From Malacoraja senta (lineage: Eukaryota), in NCBI GenBank assembly GCA_038087875.1, contig CM075990.1, positions 4,652,001-4,716,000 of the forward strand: a DNA stretch of 64,000 nucleotides. Direction: 5' to 3'. The position numbers and the translations under genes were made by a program. Below are positions 62,656 through 64,000 of the stretch, one piece after another. The notes beneath the pieces were generated by a model. The model saw nothing but the letters and a program-made list of their open reading frames with translations, ran no database searches and had not been told where the DNA came from. Numbering within the stretch: the first letter of the stretch is position 1; each line of letters opens with the position of its first letter.

Positions 62656-63280
62656 GCTGATGGGTTAATGCAGCAAAGTGACTCTGAGGTGCTCTAAAGA
62701 AGGGTCCCCATATCTAGTGACTCCGCTATCTTTAAGAGCCCTATCTAGCTCTCTCTTGAAAGCATCCAAAGAACCTCCACTGCCCTCTGAGGCAGAGAAT
62801 TCCACAGACTCACAACTCTCTGTGAGAAAAAGTGTTTCCTCGTCTCCGTTCTAAATGGCTTACTCCTTTTACTTAAACTGTGGCTGGATTTGGAATCTGA
62901 TTTGGATTCCTGGTGAGTGTTGCAGAATATAAAGTGACCTCATTTTTGCTTTCACTTTATACCAGCTTCCCCACCCCACCCCCACCCTCTAAAAAACCTT
63001 CCAGAATGCAATACACGATGTCTGAACCCGTTGTTTGTGCATGATCATGGCTGAAGCTAATCTGACTGACTATGGGATCGGCTGACAAGCAGGTGAACGG
63101 GCCACCCAGAAGCGTCTGGGCCCATTCGAGTTCATGTTTTGATGTAGCGCTGTGGAGCAGGCTAATCCTGGAACAATGGTGGCATGGAGTCACATGAAGG
63201 ACTCCGTGAACTCTGCACTTATATAAATGACGGAGCAGTGGCAGGGATGTTTGGAGTCACACGATGGATGGTTGCTGAAC

Positions 63281-63377
63281 ATGTTGGATCAGAGTGTGCC
63301 TCTGATTGTCCTCCTGCTGACTGTATCTCCTGCCTTTTACTTGGGGAATGGTCTTCAGCACAAAATTGGATACCTCG
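63281..63377 (+). CDS. Candidate signal-peptide first exon of an unidentified downstream gene
   Basis: TATATAAAT at 63220; aacATG at 63281; MLDQSVPLIVLLLTVSPAFYLGNG.. has a hydrophobic core; strong donor G|gtaaga at 63378. Confidence 0.3.
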
Positions 63378-64000
63378 GTAAGAGTAGTGAAGTTATTGTC
63401 TCAATGAAAAATAGACTCATTTCCTAACCTAAATAATGCTAATGTCGATCAGCAGTCAGATAATGAACTTTGAGTGTTACTGCCACTGCCTCACAGCTCC
63501 AGGAACTCCGGTTTGATTCTGACCTCTGAGTGCTATCTGTGTGGAGTTTGCTCGTTCTCCCAGTCACCAGAGGATTCCTTCCGGTGCTCCAGTTTCTTCT
63601 CTCATCCCAGAGAAGCAGGTTGGTAAGTTAAGTGACTGCTGCGAATTGCCCCTTAGTGAAGGTAAGTGGGAATGGAATTAAAAATAAGGCAATTGGTGGA
63701 CATGTGAGAGAGAATATGTTGTAATGCTACAGGGGAATAAGATGAGGGGATAATGGACTGATGGGATTACTCTGTTTAATATCTTGGACACGATGAGTCA
63801 ATGGTCTTTCCTCTGTATGGTAATAAATAAGGTCAAATTGAGATATGGTACAAACAGGCTCGCGGCCCACCGAGTCTGCACTAACCAGCAAACAGACTAA
63901 TCTTATTCTAGCACATTGGATTCTCCTCACAATTCCAACAACTCCACTCCCATCTCCAAAGTCTACCACAGAATAGGGGCAATTTATGGTGCTCAATTAA

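Overview
Repeat-rich vertebrate genomic DNA. The SINE/LINE repertoire (tRNA-derived HE1/V-SINE-like SINEs, CR1, L1, Rex/Babar, Penelope-derived repeats) points to a cartilaginous fish, probably a skate or ray (inference). Two protein-coding genes are recognisable, both on the + strand. SHLD2 (FAM35A, shieldin subunit 2) has 8 coding exons reconstructed from 10227 to 30893 with phase-consistent GT-AG junctions wherever visible; exon 3 runs into a 200-N assembly gap. GPRIN2 has a single coding exon (49484-51277) and a probable CpG-rich promoter/non-coding first exon near 41.4-41.8 kb. A possible signal-peptide first exon of a third gene lies at about 63.3 kb. Most of the rest is transposon-derived. 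The more unusual observations are a fold-back DNA transposon with a THAP-domain exon in both arms, a 28-bp TIR-only hAT element with a perfect 8-bp TSD, abundant Penelope-derived repeats with a hammerhead-ribozyme-like core, a ~105-bp inverted duplication bracketing the putative GPRIN2 promoter, and a 30-aa tandem motif duplication in GPRIN2. No clearly new multi-gene system was found. All homology calls are from recalled sequence knowledge, not database searches.
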